From IMG/VR virus record IMGVR_UViG_3300027902_000007: 64,000 nucleotides of DNA; one strand, written 5' to 3'. The notes under the pieces were generated by a model. The model saw only the letters and a list, made by a program, of their open reading frames with translations. It did not search any database and was not told the origin of the DNA. The position numbers were made by a program, and so were the translations under genes. Shown piece after piece: positions 1 through 10,071 of this stretch (within the stretch, counting starts at the first letter, position 1; every line of letters begins with the position of its first letter). Source of the stretch: an uncultured virus (IMG/VR IMGVR_UViG_3300027902_000007). Taxonomy: Duplodnaviria; Heunggongvirae; Uroviricota; Caudoviricetes.

Positions 1-711
1 CGTTTCCTCCGCAGGTCCCTCTTGCGGTTGGCGTCGACCCGCCTGCGGTCGTTCGCCCTGCAGTAGCCGCAGTTGGTGGCGGCCTCCTGTGAACGTTGTC
101 TGTGGCCGTTGCGGCAGAGGTAGATTGCCATGGGTTCCCTTATTTCTGTGTGCTACTGTTGGTCTGTTCCCTGACGACTTCTGAGCGCCTGTGACTCGCT
201 AGACACAGCATCAGGGCCATGAGGATCACGGTCAGTACGAACGTCAGTTTGGTCATTGGTCTCATTCTTTCCTCCTATCATAGTCGTCTAAAGATGGCCT
301 CCTCGACCTGACGACCTTTTTGCCGAGACACGTCAGGGGTTGCGGTGGTTCGGGTGGGGGTGGGTTCGTCAGGAATTGTGGGAAGTCCCGCATGAGTTGC
401 CTGGCGGCGTCATTGATGAACTGCTGCTTCATCTCAGTTGTTCTGCGACGAGTCTGATCCATGTCTTCCTGAGCCCCTTCTGGAAGTCGACGTCTGAGCC
501 GCCCAGACTGTCCACGATGCTGGTCGCGAGCTTTTGGCGCCTGTCCTCCTCACCTCGTGAGTTCTGTAATTCTGCCAACTGTGTGGCCCTCCACCTGTCA
601 ATCTTCCGCGTCACCTTGTACGGGAGTGTGTTGGCCAAGATGGCATCCGCCATGAGGGTCTCCAGGGCGTCCTCAGCTGTCTTCAGTCTCTCGTTGGTCA
701 TGGTGATATAG

Positions 712-1101
712 TCACGTTCTATGGCCCTGTGTGGCCCCTATTAACTCAACGTCGGTGTGGTGGAGGGCGGCCGTGAGGCGCCGTACCTCCTCAGACACGT
801 TGAATAGCCTGATACCCCTCGACTTGCACCAGTCCACGACAATGGTGTCGATGACCTCATCCCCGGTGAAGCCACCGGCAGGCACAACTAACGGGGTGGG
901 GTCGGGATCGCGTTCGGCCATGGCCAACCTCTCTATGAGGGTGTGGTGGCCGTTGTACCAGAGGAGTTCCCAGAGTATCTCGCCCTGGTGCGCCCTGTAG
1001 TACCTCTTGCTCATTGGCCTGATCTTGAGCATGTCGGACACCTCCTTGTACTTCAGGAGTTCGTCGACCAGCCGTTCGATGAGACGTTCGAGTGTGTCCA
1101 T
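712..1101 (-). CDS. hypothetical phage protein
   Basis: 129-aa ORF in a tightly packed minus-strand run; its start overlaps the upstream stop codon. Confidence 0.55.
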   Translation of the reverse strand: MDTLERLIERLVDELLKYKEVSDMLKIRPMSKRYYRAHQGEILWELLWYNGHHTLIERLAMAERDPDPTPLVVPAGGFTGDEVIDTIVVDWCKSRGIRLFNVSEEVRRLTAALHHTDVELIGATQGHRT

Positions 1102-1287
1102 TAGAATTCTTCTCCTATCTTTTCTTTGATGAAATAATCTTCCAGTTTTTTGAAAAATTCTGCATGTTCGTCATATTTTTCGACGTACAGTCTGTAATGG
1201 CCCCAGACGTCAAAGGGGTCGAAAGAACAGCCGTTATCCAATTGGTACAGACAAAATGTTGCGATGAATTGAGCCTTTGTTAATTTT

Positions 1288-1815
1288 TTATCCATGGAGC
1301 TCCTTTTTGAGGAGATCGCGCACTTTGTCGATCTCTGTAGAAGAGTGGGGAGTCCCGCCGGCATTAAAGTCGAGGTACCACTTGAGGACGTCCGCCCTCG
1401 TCTTTAGCCTCGCTATGTTGAAGTAGAACTGACAGTCTAGGGGCATTTTTGATGGACGATCGAAGCCGGTATAATCTTTCCTAAGAATATTGAAAGCCGG
1501 AATTTCGTTGTTGAGAAAGCGACGAGCAGCTTCAAGCCGTTGTTTGCCGTCTACCAATACCATTTCGCCTTTGAAGTTTGTCATCCAGCCTGGGTGGTTG
1601 AAAAAGATCTCGAGCCCTGACTGCGGCTCCATCAGGGCATATTCCACAAAGGCAATTTGTTGCTGCTCCGTCCAAATGTGGCCCCTCTGGAAGTCCGGGG
1701 TCATGTCGAGATTGTATTCTCTGGTGAAGCGGTCGATGTTCTCCTGGAGATATTCCCAGGGCATCGAGATGCGGTAGTGTATGTGAGGGAATTTCGGGAT
1801 CTCCTGCCAGTTCAT
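1288..1815 (-). CDS. DUF262 / ParB-like domain protein
   Basis: PDFQRGHIW and LVDGKQRL motifs typical of the DUF262 (GmrSD N-terminal)/ParB-like fold. Confidence 0.75.
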   Translation of the reverse strand: MNWQEIPKFPHIHYRISMPWEYLQENIDRFTREYNLDMTPDFQRGHIWTEQQQIAFVEYALMEPQSGLEIFFNHPGWMTNFKGEMVLVDGKQRLEAARRFLNNEIPAFNILRKDYTGFDRPSKMPLDCQFYFNIARLKTRADVLKWYLDFNAGGTPHSSTEIDKVRDLLKKELHG

Positions 1816-1957
1816 GCCTTCACTCCTTCGCGGGCTTCTTTACCCCTCCTCCAGCCGATCTCCCAGGATGCCCTGGCTCGTTCGCCCTTGAAGGGGCAGT
1901 CAATCGGCTTGCCTTCGATGCCAGCCTTGTAGCCGCGTTCCTGAATTTTGCTCAACT

Positions 1958-3145
1958 TCATTCGTCCTCCGGTTTGTACTTGAGCTGGGAGATTGTACAT
2001 TCCTCAGGATCGACGTCGTCCCTGATTTCTTTAAAGGAAGGCTGGTATAAGCAACCGCCTACGTGGGCGACGTAGAGGTATTCGATTTCGACGACTGAGC
2101 CGATTGGCGGATGAGCCGAACAGGAGCAGTAACCCACAAATTCCCTCTCACCAGCGGCGTTGAAGAGTTCCATGCCGATTGAGTTTTTGTTCTTGCGACC
2201 TTCGACCACGATGACCGAGCATTCAGCCCAGAACTTGAATTTGAATTGGTCTTGGCCCTTGCCGGCGGAGAAAGCGCCAGCCAGCCGTTTGAAGACGATG
2301 CCCTCCCTTTTCTCCTTTTTGAGTTTGAAGTAAAGTTCGACCTTGTCTTTCTTGCCAACGTAGAGGGGGAGGATTTTTATGTGGGGCCCGAAGTTGAGCG
2401 GCTTAAGCCACTGTTCATAGCGAGTCTGGTAAGAGAGGTTGCGCAGGTCGTGGCCGTTGTATTCCAAGATGTCCCAGACCCAGAAGGTGTCGTTCACGTG
2501 CTCACCGTCTATGAGGATGTCACAATCTAAGAACGAGTGGTGTAGAGCTCTGAGATCATTTTCAAATTCAGGTGCGCAGGTAGAGGCTTCGCCTTTTTTG
2601 TTCCTTATGGCGAAGAGGTTGTTTTTGATTTGGAGGGTGAGGTGGCGACCGTTTTTCTTCTCCTGGGCACCGAAGTCGTCACAATCAAGGTAGTTGACCA
2701 GTTCGTCTTCGTCGATTTCCGTTAAGAGCTGGGGAATGATGAGTGTGGGATCGAGAGGATCGGCAGTCACGGTCGGAGTTACGACGTCGTCCGATGCAGC
2801 CTCAACTCTAGCAGCTTTAGCAACCCTGATACGAGATCGTGAACGTTGCTCCTTGATCGTCTTGTAAGCTGTTTGGACTAAGTCGAACTTGTCCTGGTCA
2901 CCGCCCTTGTCGGGATGATGGATTTTGGCCAAACGGTTGCGCGCCTGTTTGACCTCATCGTCCGTGGCCATTGGAGTGATGCCTAATGTGGTGTAAGCCG
3001 AAGTGCCGATGATCGCTCTGACAGCACTGGAGTTTTCAAAAGTTGCCTGGAAGGCAGCTCTCCATTTGGGTGAATGACGTTCCTTGACATCGTAAGTGCC
3101 GTAACGGGGTGGGGCATTTTTGTCCCATTTAGATTTTGTTGCCAT
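1958..3145 (-). CDS. DnaJ J-domain fused to ATP-dependent ligase-like nucleotidyltransferase with short OB-like C-terminus
   Basis: J-domain signature AYTTLGI...LAKIHHPDKGGD; ligase motifs QEKKNG (I), LIDGE (III), VWDIL (IIIa), EGIVFK (IV), FKFK (V); C-terminal VVEIEY...YQPSF...RDD. Confidence 0.75.
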   Translation of the reverse strand: MATKSKWDKNAPPRYGTYDVKERHSPKWRAAFQATFENSSAVRAIIGTSAYTTLGITPMATDDEVKQARNRLAKIHHPDKGGDQDKFDLVQTAYKTIKEQRSRSRIRVAKAARVEAASDDVVTPTVTADPLDPTLIIPQLLTEIDEDELVNYLDCDDFGAQEKKNGRHLTLQIKNNLFAIRNKKGEASTCAPEFENDLRALHHSFLDCDILIDGEHVNDTFWVWDILEYNGHDLRNLSYQTRYEQWLKPLNFGPHIKILPLYVGKKDKVELYFKLKKEKREGIVFKRLAGAFSAGKGQDQFKFKFWAECSVIVVEGRKNKNSIGMELFNAAGEREFVGYCSCSAHPPIGSVVEIEYLYVAHVGGCLYQPSFKEIRDDVDPEECTISQLKYKPEDE

Positions 3146-3155
3146 GAGTTCCTCT

Positions 3156-3437
3156 TTATGAGTGTGTGAGGTAGCCTTTTACGTATGTGTCGAGAGACTG
3201 GCGGCCGAACGCCCGACCCTTGAGGCCAAGCTCCGTGAGATGATGACACTGTCCGTGGCGCCGATTGCCGAAGCAGGAACAGGTCCAGTATTGGGCACCC
3301 GGGGCGTTGTCAAATGATACGAGATGCAGCCGGTTTGAGGATGAGGAAGGCACCTTAAATCTGATTTTGTACCTGTCCGAGTCCGGTAGGGTTTCTACCG
3401 CTGTCGACTGGATGCGAGCGAGTAAGTTGCTGGCCAT
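3156..3437 (-). CDS. SWIM zinc-finger protein
   Basis: WTCSC...QCHH (CxC-Xn-CxH) SWIM-type motif. Confidence 0.65.
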   Translation of the reverse strand: MASNLLARIQSTAVETLPDSDRYKIRFKVPSSSSNRLHLVSFDNAPGAQYWTCSCFGNRRHGQCHHLTELGLKGRAFGRQSLDTYVKGYLTHS

Positions 3438-3466
3438 GCGGCCTCCTTGTGTTTTGGTTTTGATTT

Positions 3467-3514
3467 TCCTAATAATATAATCATGTTCTCCGGCCTGTGG
3501 GCGTCCAAATGTGG
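3467..3514 (-). promoter_or_regulatory. bipartite phage promoter-like element
   Basis: minus strand CCACATTT-N23-TGATTATATTATTAGGA upstream of the RBS and start at 3437. Confidence 0.65.
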
Positions 3515-3820
3515 CCTAGTGTTCCATCATCTGCCAGTTCGGTTCGCCGATCGTGATAGTGTCCCATTTTGAGTTGTTGAGGTTTCCCTCGATCCCCTTA
3601 TCGAAAGTCTCCTTAGGAATTTCTTGGAGCATACTTCCCATGTTCTGGTAGAAGCTGTGGTAGTATTTCTTACCGGTAAAGCCGAGTCCGTACCAGTCGC
3701 AATATTTGTAACCACCCTCCCAGTAATGTCTCGAGAAAGTGTAATGTGCCGGTCTGCCAGCCGCCACGGACGCTTTTACTAGCACCTGCATTCGTATGAT
3801 TTCATTCGTTGTGACCGTGT

Positions 3821-4051
3821 TCATAGCATCTTCCTTTTCTTGAGATAATCTCTCATTACTGCTTTTGCCTGGCGGGCATTCTCTCCGCACCAGTGCTGCA
3901 TGTTCGCCAGGGCGTAGAGGAGTTGCGAGTCGAAACCTTCTGAGCCGTATGAGTCAATCGCCCTCGGTATTGCGTTGATATATTGTAACGCGTAAGGATC
4001 TTTGCATTCGTCTTTTGCGACCTGGATTGCCTGATCGACTGTGGTGATCAT
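3821..4051 (-). CDS. hypothetical phage protein
   Basis: 76-aa ORF with ATGA overlaps to its neighbours. Confidence 0.55.
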   Translation of the reverse strand: MITTVDQAIQVAKDECKDPYALQYINAIPRAIDSYGSEGFDSQLLYALANMQHWCGENARQAKAVMRDYLKKRKML

Positions 4052-4292
4052 TTTTTTGCCTCCGGAAAGTGGATAGTTATGATCGTCTGGGGAGCGTTTG
4101 CCTCTTCGACCTCAACGCGGCCAGATGTTAGGTTCTTTTTGACGCTAACGGCGGCCCGGGTGATTCGACAGTCTGGATAAGCCCTTAAGATCTCCCGGTA
4201 CTGTTTTCGACGCTCTCTTGAGCTGCCCGCCAGGTGGACTTGCTTCCACGACGCACCGGAGGTTTGTTTGATTGTCGGGGTTCCCAAAGTCC

Positions 4293-4898
4293 TCATCTTA
4301 CCCTCCGGATACACATCTTTAACGTCTTACAGTCATGCCGCAGGTCGGTCATGGTGTAGATCTCATCGAGATTTCTCTGGGTGTTTACGATCATCTCTTC
4401 TGTGATGCCGACTTCATTAAGCGCCCGATAGTTACTTGAGTTGTCCACCCGCCACGCCATGTATTCGAGGATTCCCTCTGGGAGCCGATGCATGTTGTGG
4501 ACGATGATGTCGCCGTATGTCTTTACCAGGGCGACCTTGAACCGAAGCCGAGGGCCGACCTGTTCTAAAAGTGGCCGGCTTGAGAAGTTGTAGTTGTTTT
4601 TCACGAACTTGAGATTCTTACTCACGCCGATTTTGTCAGGATCGATCCGGACGTCATCCCAGGAAAGGCTCCAGAGATCGACGTTATCGGTGAGGGTATA
4701 CGGCTTGTTATTTGACCACCAACCGTCAGAAATTTGTTGTTTCATCTCATAGAGGAATATGATTTTCTGTTCGAGGTTTGCTACAGTTAGAGAGTGCGAC
4801 TTTGGGGTCAGGGAGAAAGTGCGCCTGGGAGTTTGGACGAGCTCGACGGTGAGGATGCGCCGGAGTTTTGTATTCGAGAGTTGGATTTTCTGGCTCAT
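4293..4898 (-). CDS. hypothetical protein (probable start MSQKIQ)
   Basis: long ORF whose ATG overlaps the upstream TGA. Confidence 0.55.
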   Translation of the reverse strand: MSQKIQLSNTKLRRILTVELVQTPRRTFSLTPKSHSLTVANLEQKIIFLYEMKQQISDGWWSNNKPYTLTDNVDLWSLSWDDVRIDPDKIGVSKNLKFVKNNYNFSSRPLLEQVGPRLRFKVALVKTYGDIIVHNMHRLPEGILEYMAWRVDNSSNYRALNEVGITEEMIVNTQRNLDEIYTMTDLRHDCKTLKMCIRRVR

Positions 4899-5191
4899 AT
4901 TTCCACGAACCCACAGGCGGCCACGATGTAACACTTACCGTTTTTCGTCTCCATGACATCGCCTGTTGAAGTTGAACGGGTTGGGCCGATGAGCCCCTTG
5001 ACGCCGTCATTGTTAGTCCACTGACGGGTGATGTTGTTCGTGAGCTCGAAGGCCTTGTCCAGGTCGGTCGTCTGGACCTCCGCCACTTTCACCAAATCGG
5101 CGGCCGGTATTTTTTTTGCCTTTTCCTTGATAGTCTTGTCGTCCAGGAACGAGAAGTCGATGAATTTCTTGTTGTGGTAGACGGTAATCAT
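4895..5191 (-). CDS. hypothetical phage protein (probable start MITVYH)
   Basis: AFELTNNI...W...RSTSTGDV pattern typical of small phage proteins. Confidence 0.55.
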   Translation of the reverse strand: MITVYHNKKFIDFSFLDDKTIKEKAKKIPAADLVKVAEVQTTDLDKAFELTNNITRQWTNNDGVKGLIGPTRSTSTGDVMETKNGKCYIVAACGFVEI

Positions 5192-5448
5192 TGTTTGCTC
5201 GCTTTCTGTAAGATGATGGCCAGGTAAGAAACACCGACCGCCCACATTGTTAGAATTGCTATAACGGTGTCTGTCATATTCTCTTGTCAATCATCCAGCA
5301 CATGAAGTTTATCGCGAGGTTAGAGTCGACGGCGCCGGTAAATTTGCCAATACGGGAATGTGCGTCGTAGTTACCACGTCCTTTACGGACGATATAAATT
5401 GTAACGCCTTTGTAAGACCATTTGCGCCAGATCATTTGTTCTCCTTTT

Positions 5449-5568
5449 TCCTAATAGTATAATCAGGCTCAGAAGCCTGTGCGTGTCTAAATGTGGCCCT
5501 CTTTGATTTCTACGCTATACCACATTTAGACACGCACGCCCTTCTACGACTTGACTATTCTATTAGGA
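5449..5568. promoter_or_regulatory. divergent pair of bipartite promoter-like elements
   Basis: minus copy 5449-5496 (CCACATTT-N23-TGATTATACTATTAGGA) and plus copy 5520-5568 (CCACATTT-N24-TGACTATTCTATTAGGA), each followed by a GGAG RBS. Confidence 0.7.
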
Positions 5569-5586
5569 AACCAGGAGGCTAAATCG

Positions 5587-6231
5587 ATGCAATACGTACA
5601 GATCACACTTGATGAGATGAAGTCGTTTTTTAGCAACCCATCGTGGCAGGAAGTTATCGGATCGACTAGCACCAGGGAATATGTGTTCGAAAAAGTCCTC
5701 AACGAAAATCCCAAAATCGTCGTCCACGTTTACACCTCAATCCACAAGGACAACTCACTCGCCCGCCGTAAGGGTCAGGATGCTATTAGGATCTGTGCGG
5801 TTGACGTTACCAATCGTAAAGGATACATCAAAACCACGAGAGTCTTAAGGGTGGTCGGCTGGCGTGCAAATCTTTCTCGAGCAATCGACTATACAATCAA
5901 TGAAGCAAATAGCCGGATCGCAAAAAGCACAAGGAACACGTTACAGCCTCATCCGGGAGTAGATGTTGCTGGAAATTGCGAACAAACTTTTGCGTGCAAT
6001 CCGGTATGGGTAAAAAGCGCAACCGATAATTCATATTCGATCTGCGCATCAAATTTGAGGTCAAATTACCGACGCGATGTTTGTCCTCATTGCAACAAGC
6101 TTTTCAGCAAAAACCACCTGATCTCCACCAATTGTAAACATAACCGGCCGGCAGAAAAGAACGAAAAAGTCGCAAGCTGGATTTTCCGTTGCCCACATTG
6201 CGGTGCACAATTAACCGTCATCAACCTTTAG
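5587..6231 (+). CDS. hypothetical protein with C-terminal Cys-rich (Zn-ribbon) region
   Basis: AGGAGG RBS before MQYVQ; CPHC...CPHC motifs. Confidence 0.6.
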   Translation: MQYVQITLDEMKSFFSNPSWQEVIGSTSTREYVFEKVLNENPKIVVHVYTSIHKDNSLARRKGQDAIRICAVDVTNRKGYIKTTRVLRVVGWRANLSRAIDYTINEANSRIAKSTRNTLQPHPGVDVAGNCEQTFACNPVWVKSATDNSYSICASNLRSNYRRDVCPHCNKLFSKNHLISTNCKHNRPAEKNEKVASWIFRCPHCGAQLTVINL

Positions 6232-6240
6232 AAAAAATTT

Positions 6241-6642
6241 ATGAAAACAATTACTAACGCCGACACACTTAAGGAAGAGGTCACACGGTTAGCTGAAAAT
6301 GTGTGCAGCATTACCGACAGTGGCATCGGCGCCTACGAGTTCTGGGGCGCTCGTGGATTTGACTCAAGACCCGGACTCGAACCTGAAGATTGTGTCGCTG
6401 TGGACATAACGCACTTTGAACTTTATGACGGCAACGAGCCCGTCGACCTTAGCGAGATAAAATCTTTTTCCATAAATGTCTCAAAGTCAAAAGGCGGCGA
6501 TCCCGATGCTTGTGCGGAGTCGGGCCGTAGACGTTGCGGAAGTTGCGACGCCTGCGGCACTATGGAGGCTACTTTTACCGCCGTGTTAAGTGACATCAAG
6601 CAGATTAAAAATAAAGTGATTGCCATTTACGAACTCAACTAG
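6241..6642 (+). CDS. hypothetical phage protein
   Basis: 133-aa ORF with GIGAYEFWG motif and CxxC pairs. Confidence 0.55.
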   Translation: MKTITNADTLKEEVTRLAENVCSITDSGIGAYEFWGARGFDSRPGLEPEDCVAVDITHFELYDGNEPVDLSEIKSFSINVSKSKGGDPDACAESGRRRCGSCDACGTMEATFTAVLSDIKQIKNKVIAIYELN

Positions 6643-6650
6643 AGGACATT

Positions 6651-6899
6651 ATGATATTTGAGATCCTAATGCTCATCTGTTTCAGTATCAGTTGGCCGAT
6701 ATCGATCGCAAAATCGATCCGCACGAAAGTCGTCACGGGAAAAAGTCCGGTCTTCATGGCTGTGGTCATCCTCGGTTACTTATGCGGTATCCTGCACAAG
6801 TGCTTTTACGCGTACAACGCCGTCATCCTCCTCTACATCTTCAACACGGTCCTCGTCATGGTCGACATGTTCGTTTACTTCCGGTACTCGAGGGACTAA
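6651..6899 (+). CDS. PQ-loop/SemiSWEET-like small membrane protein
   Basis: three hydrophobic segments; FSISWPISIAKSIRTK...GKS pattern. Confidence 0.6.
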   Translation: MIFEILMLICFSISWPISIAKSIRTKVVTGKSPVFMAVVILGYLCGILHKCFYAYNAVILLYIFNTVLVMVDMFVYFRYSRD

Positions 6900-7007
6900 A
6901 ATTTTTTCTACGCCTGGGCCACATTTAAAGGCAACATGAGAATTCCGAGAACCTAAACCGTCTCATTATAAAAAGGCAAATAGCGCGCGTTATAGTTGTG
7001 GCCGATT

Positions 7008-7331
7008 CTACTGTAGTTGGAATTGACGAGTCCGCTGGTCAGTGGTCAACCAGTTCTTTGGTAAGTTGCCCTCGACGGAGTACGCAAATTCGACCGATCT
7101 CTCATTCTTAGGATTGTAAAGGACTACAACTTCGCAATAAGGTCCGAAGTCGTGTGGGAATGTCTTGACTACGAAACGACACTCGTTGGGTTTATTCGGG
7201 AATAAATTGTCGAGGAGGACTTTGTAACGTCGGCACTCCGCCATCATTGTGCACATATACTCCTTGCCTTTCTCGACCTGCACAGGAGTCTCGTCTGTCG
7301 GCGCTGACCCAAGTTCTATGTATTCTTCCAT
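7008..7331 (-). CDS. hypothetical phage protein
   Basis: 107-aa ORF with FPHDFGPYCEV motif. Confidence 0.55.
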   Translation of the reverse strand: MEEYIELGSAPTDETPVQVEKGKEYMCTMMAECRRYKVLLDNLFPNKPNECRFVVKTFPHDFGPYCEVVVLYNPKNERSVEFAYSVEGNLPKNWLTTDQRTRQFQLQ

Positions 7332-7822
7332 AAAAGCGTCTCCTGAAAGATGTTTTTGGGATACGTAGTTTCTATAAATTCTTCAGTAAATTTTGGTCCT
7401 CGAATCCTGAGACTTTCCTTTAGTTCTTTAATGTACGAAAGGGGTATTGAACCTTCCAAATTTCTCCTTACTGTGACACATGTTAGAATTCGATCATCAG
7501 GGTTAATCTTGAAAGACTCCGGACAAGAGATTCTTTCCTTTACATCAGCGAGGAAGTAAGTTGGGGGTTCAGCGTCAAATCCTTCGCTGCGTTTGAACGC
7601 CTCAAAGTCATCTGGGAACAGAGGAAAAATCACGCCATTTATCGTAGAAGCGTCGTCCTTGACACATCCGAGGAAACGGTTGCCGTTCCAGACGGCATTC
7701 CACATGCGACGGTAGCCATGGAGTCTTACCTCGATGAGGTCAGATTCGTCGTACTCGTAGGCAATGCCTCTATTCTTGAGGCCTTCAGCTGACAGAAGTG
7801 ACCCGTATCCGAAGATCCACAT
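7316..7822 (-). CDS. gamma-glutamylcyclotransferase (GGCT/AIG2-like)
   Basis: N-terminal IFGYGSL motif, GYRR.W, NGVIF, catalytic-region SEG; GGAGG RBS before MWIFG. Confidence 0.75.
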   Translation of the reverse strand: MWIFGYGSLLSAEGLKNRGIAYEYDESDLIEVRLHGYRRMWNAVWNGNRFLGCVKDDASTINGVIFPLFPDDFEAFKRSEGFDAEPPTYFLADVKERISCPESFKINPDDRILTCVTVRRNLEGSIPLSYIKELKESLRIRGPKFTEEFIETTYPKNIFQETLLWKNT

Positions 7823-7854
7823 TAGAACCTCCTTGCTTCTAAATGTGGTCTTTA

Positions 7855-8088
7855 TCAACTGATGTGCTTTAATTCTTTGAATAAAAGTCTGTCAATGGAG
7901 ACAGGTGTGAACATTTTTTTGAGAACTTTCACTATCTTGATCGCGTTTGGTATGGTGGGAAGTGATATCCCCGCCTCCCAATTTTGGACTTGCCTCGTCG
8001 TGACTCCGAACATCCTAGCGAATTTGGGTTGGCTGAGGGGCCAACTTGTCCGGACGTGCCTGATGTTATGAGCAAAATAGATTTTCAT
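7855..8088 (-). CDS. XRE-family helix-turn-helix regulator
   Basis: LSQPKFARMFGVTTRQVQNWEAGISLP HTH pattern. Confidence 0.8.
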   Translation of the reverse strand: MKIYFAHNIRHVRTSWPLSQPKFARMFGVTTRQVQNWEAGISLPTIPNAIKIVKVLKKMFTPVSIDRLLFKELKHIS

Positions 8089-8372
8089 ATGTTTTCCTTT
8101 GCTAGGTTAATTCCGAGAATGAGACATGTTATCGGTGAGAGATTCTTTTTTGCCCTGCTAAATATTTGGTCGTTGTGACATTTTCGCATTGGTATTCCAG
8201 AGCCGCAGTAACAATGCTTATTGCTCACTGAAATGATTTCGGCGATGAGTAGCACTAGCAGAATTGCTACTGGTATCCAGACCGGTGAGGTTACCCACCA
8301 CCACGACCAGGCGATGACGTGTACGAGTTTCAGTATCAAGAAGATGATGAAGATGTCAAGCAACTTGCCCAT
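8085..8372 (-). CDS. small membrane protein with SEC-C-like motif
   Basis: hydrophobic LKL..VIAWSWWWV.SP.WIP segment followed by CYCGSG...KCH. Confidence 0.55.
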   Translation of the reverse strand: MGKLLDIFIIFLILKLVHVIAWSWWWVTSPVWIPVAILLVLLIAEIISVSNKHCYCGSGIPMRKCHNDQIFSRAKKNLSPITCLILGINLAKENI

Positions 8373-8385
8373 AATGTGGCCTCCT

Positions 8386-9393
8386 TTATTCTTTTGCGAT
8401 GGTTACTCTGCGTCCACCGCCGACGCCGATTCTTACGACCTTGCGGGGACTGAACCGGTCATTCACCTGGGGATTTCCGGGACAGTAGGGAGCCTGCGAT
8501 GGCTTCCCGTAAAAATCATTCTGGTCTTTCTTACTGGAAAAAGTCAGTGTCATCTGCTGGCCGTTTGAGGGCGGGCAGGCTGAGCCTGAACCCCTCGGCA
8601 GGGAACCGTGCTTCTTAACCGAGGCGGCGGTGATCGGTTGGGATGTCCTGTAGACCGAGGTCACAGTCGTGATAGATTCCTTCGGCTTCACTTTCTCGGC
8701 GATCTTCTGCTGCCGGTAGAACCGATTCTTCCTGACGTCATAGACCAGTGGTTCCCGTTCGTAGACGATCGCAAAGCTGATGTCCGGAAAAGCGCCAAGG
8801 GTGTCGTTGACGTTGAGAGTCTCGAGGAGGATCGTCTTGGTCGATGCGAAGAAGATTATTCCATGGTAATAGGCGATTGCAAGCGGCTTGCCACCGTTCG
8901 TCCAGAAGTAGAACTTTTTCTCGACCTTGCTGTAAAGGACGACCGTCGAGTCGCCGTCGATGTTCGTGAGGGCGTTCCGGAGTGAGGATTTTTCCGCGAA
9001 TGCGATGATCGATTCTGAGTCGATGTCGCTCGTGTAGTTGTATCCCTTGATTCTCGGGGTGTCGATCGTTCCATTGTGTGCGGAAACCCACCGTTTTGAC
9101 TCGAACGGCTGGGCATTCTTGGGATCGTCGATGTTCAATTTCTCGTACTTTGCTGAGGCCCGCCTGACGTGGCCGATGACGAAATTGTCATTCGCGATTG
9201 AATTCGGAATTTCCTCCACGAACTCATCGGCCTCAAGGGCGTCTTTTACGAGTCCGGTTGAGGGGGCATAAAAACCCGTAGCATCCTCGCCCCTGGAGAG
9301 GGAGGACTTTACCAAGCCCTTCTTCAGGATTTCTACGAGGTCCAGGTCGGTATCCACGCCGTTGGGTTTAATCCATCCAAAAATTCCGCACAT
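8386..9393 (-). CDS. class II (Ntn) glutamine amidotransferase
   Basis: MCGIFG N-terminal nucleophile, RGEDATG, GHVR, QPF, HNGTI and DSE motifs. Confidence 0.85.
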   Translation of the reverse strand: MCGIFGWIKPNGVDTDLDLVEILKKGLVKSSLSRGEDATGFYAPSTGLVKDALEADEFVEEIPNSIANDNFVIGHVRRASAKYEKLNIDDPKNAQPFESKRWVSAHNGTIDTPRIKGYNYTSDIDSESIIAFAEKSSLRNALTNIDGDSTVVLYSKVEKKFYFWTNGGKPLAIAYYHGIIFFASTKTILLETLNVNDTLGAFPDISFAIVYEREPLVYDVRKNRFYRQQKIAEKVKPKESITTVTSVYRTSQPITAASVKKHGSLPRGSGSACPPSNGQQMTLTFSSKKDQNDFYGKPSQAPYCPGNPQVNDRFSPRKVVRIGVGGGRRVTIAKE

Positions 9394-9405
9394 CTAAATC
9401 CTCCT

Positions 9406-9460
9406 TATAGAGTTATAATCATGTTCGAAAGCTACGATAAGCCAAGTCGACTAAATGTGG
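9406..9460 (-). promoter_or_regulatory. variant bipartite promoter-like element (longer spacer)
   Basis: CCACATTT-N31-TGATTATAACTCTATAAGGAGG directly upstream of the amidotransferase. Confidence 0.45.
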
Positions 9461-10071
9461 TCCTCCAGTTTCAACGTCATCTGCTGGGCGTTCCTGGCTG
9501 CCTTCACTATCCTCAAAAGAGCGAGCTCATCGGAGGCATCGGCGATCTGCTTCCAGTATTTCTTAATCGTCTTCTTGAGGACCTCCATTTGCCTCTTCGA
9601 CAGCCACCCCTTGGCGGCGAGCTGCTTGGCAAAGGAAGTCATCAGCGGGCTGTCGTGGCCGGTGAAGCCGACCTTGTTGTTGTAGACCGTCCGCTCGGCA
9701 TTCTGTTCCTCGACCGTCTGCCGCGACATGATCGTGAGGAGCGCCTTCTTTGCCCAATTGTCATTCGTCGAGAGCTTGTCACGGATGAACTGCTCAACTT
9801 CCTTTTTCTTGATGTCGTGCTTGAGGGAGCAAAGTTCCGCCCATTTTAGAAGTCTATTGTAAGCCTCATCGACTGAAGTGAATTGAAGAACTTCGCCCGA
9901 TTCATCATTTTTTGCCTGCTCTTTTGTGGGTGGCATTTTTATCATAATGCGATAAGGGAAGCTATTATCGGTCACCGGCCCTTGACCGTAATACTCGATA
10001 TCTGCGCCGAGTTGTTTGACTTTTTCTTCAAGATTTTTAACGGTGAACATCATTTCCTCCCGCTGCTGCAT
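9451..10071 (-). CDS. hypothetical phage protein
   Basis: RQT.EEQ...NKVGFTGHD...SFAKQ...LS.RQ...KY.KQ pattern, recalled from phage hypotheticals. Confidence 0.6.
   Translation of the reverse strand: MQQREEMMFTVKNLEEKVKQLGADIEYYGQGPVTDNSFPYRIMIKMPPTKEQAKNDESGEVLQFTSVDEAYNRLLKWAELCSLKHDIKKKEVEQFIRDKLSTNDNWAKKALLTIMSRQTVEEQNAERTVYNNKVGFTGHDSPLMTSFAKQLAAKGWLSKRQMEVLKKTIKKYWKQIADASDELALLRIVKAARNAQQMTLKLEDHI

Noticed and set aside
1675..1682. CCACATTT box (minus strand) inside the DUF262 gene; similar hits near 42611, 52796 and 57050
   Set aside because: They lie in coding sequence without the downstream TGAYTAT element and are compatible with chance.
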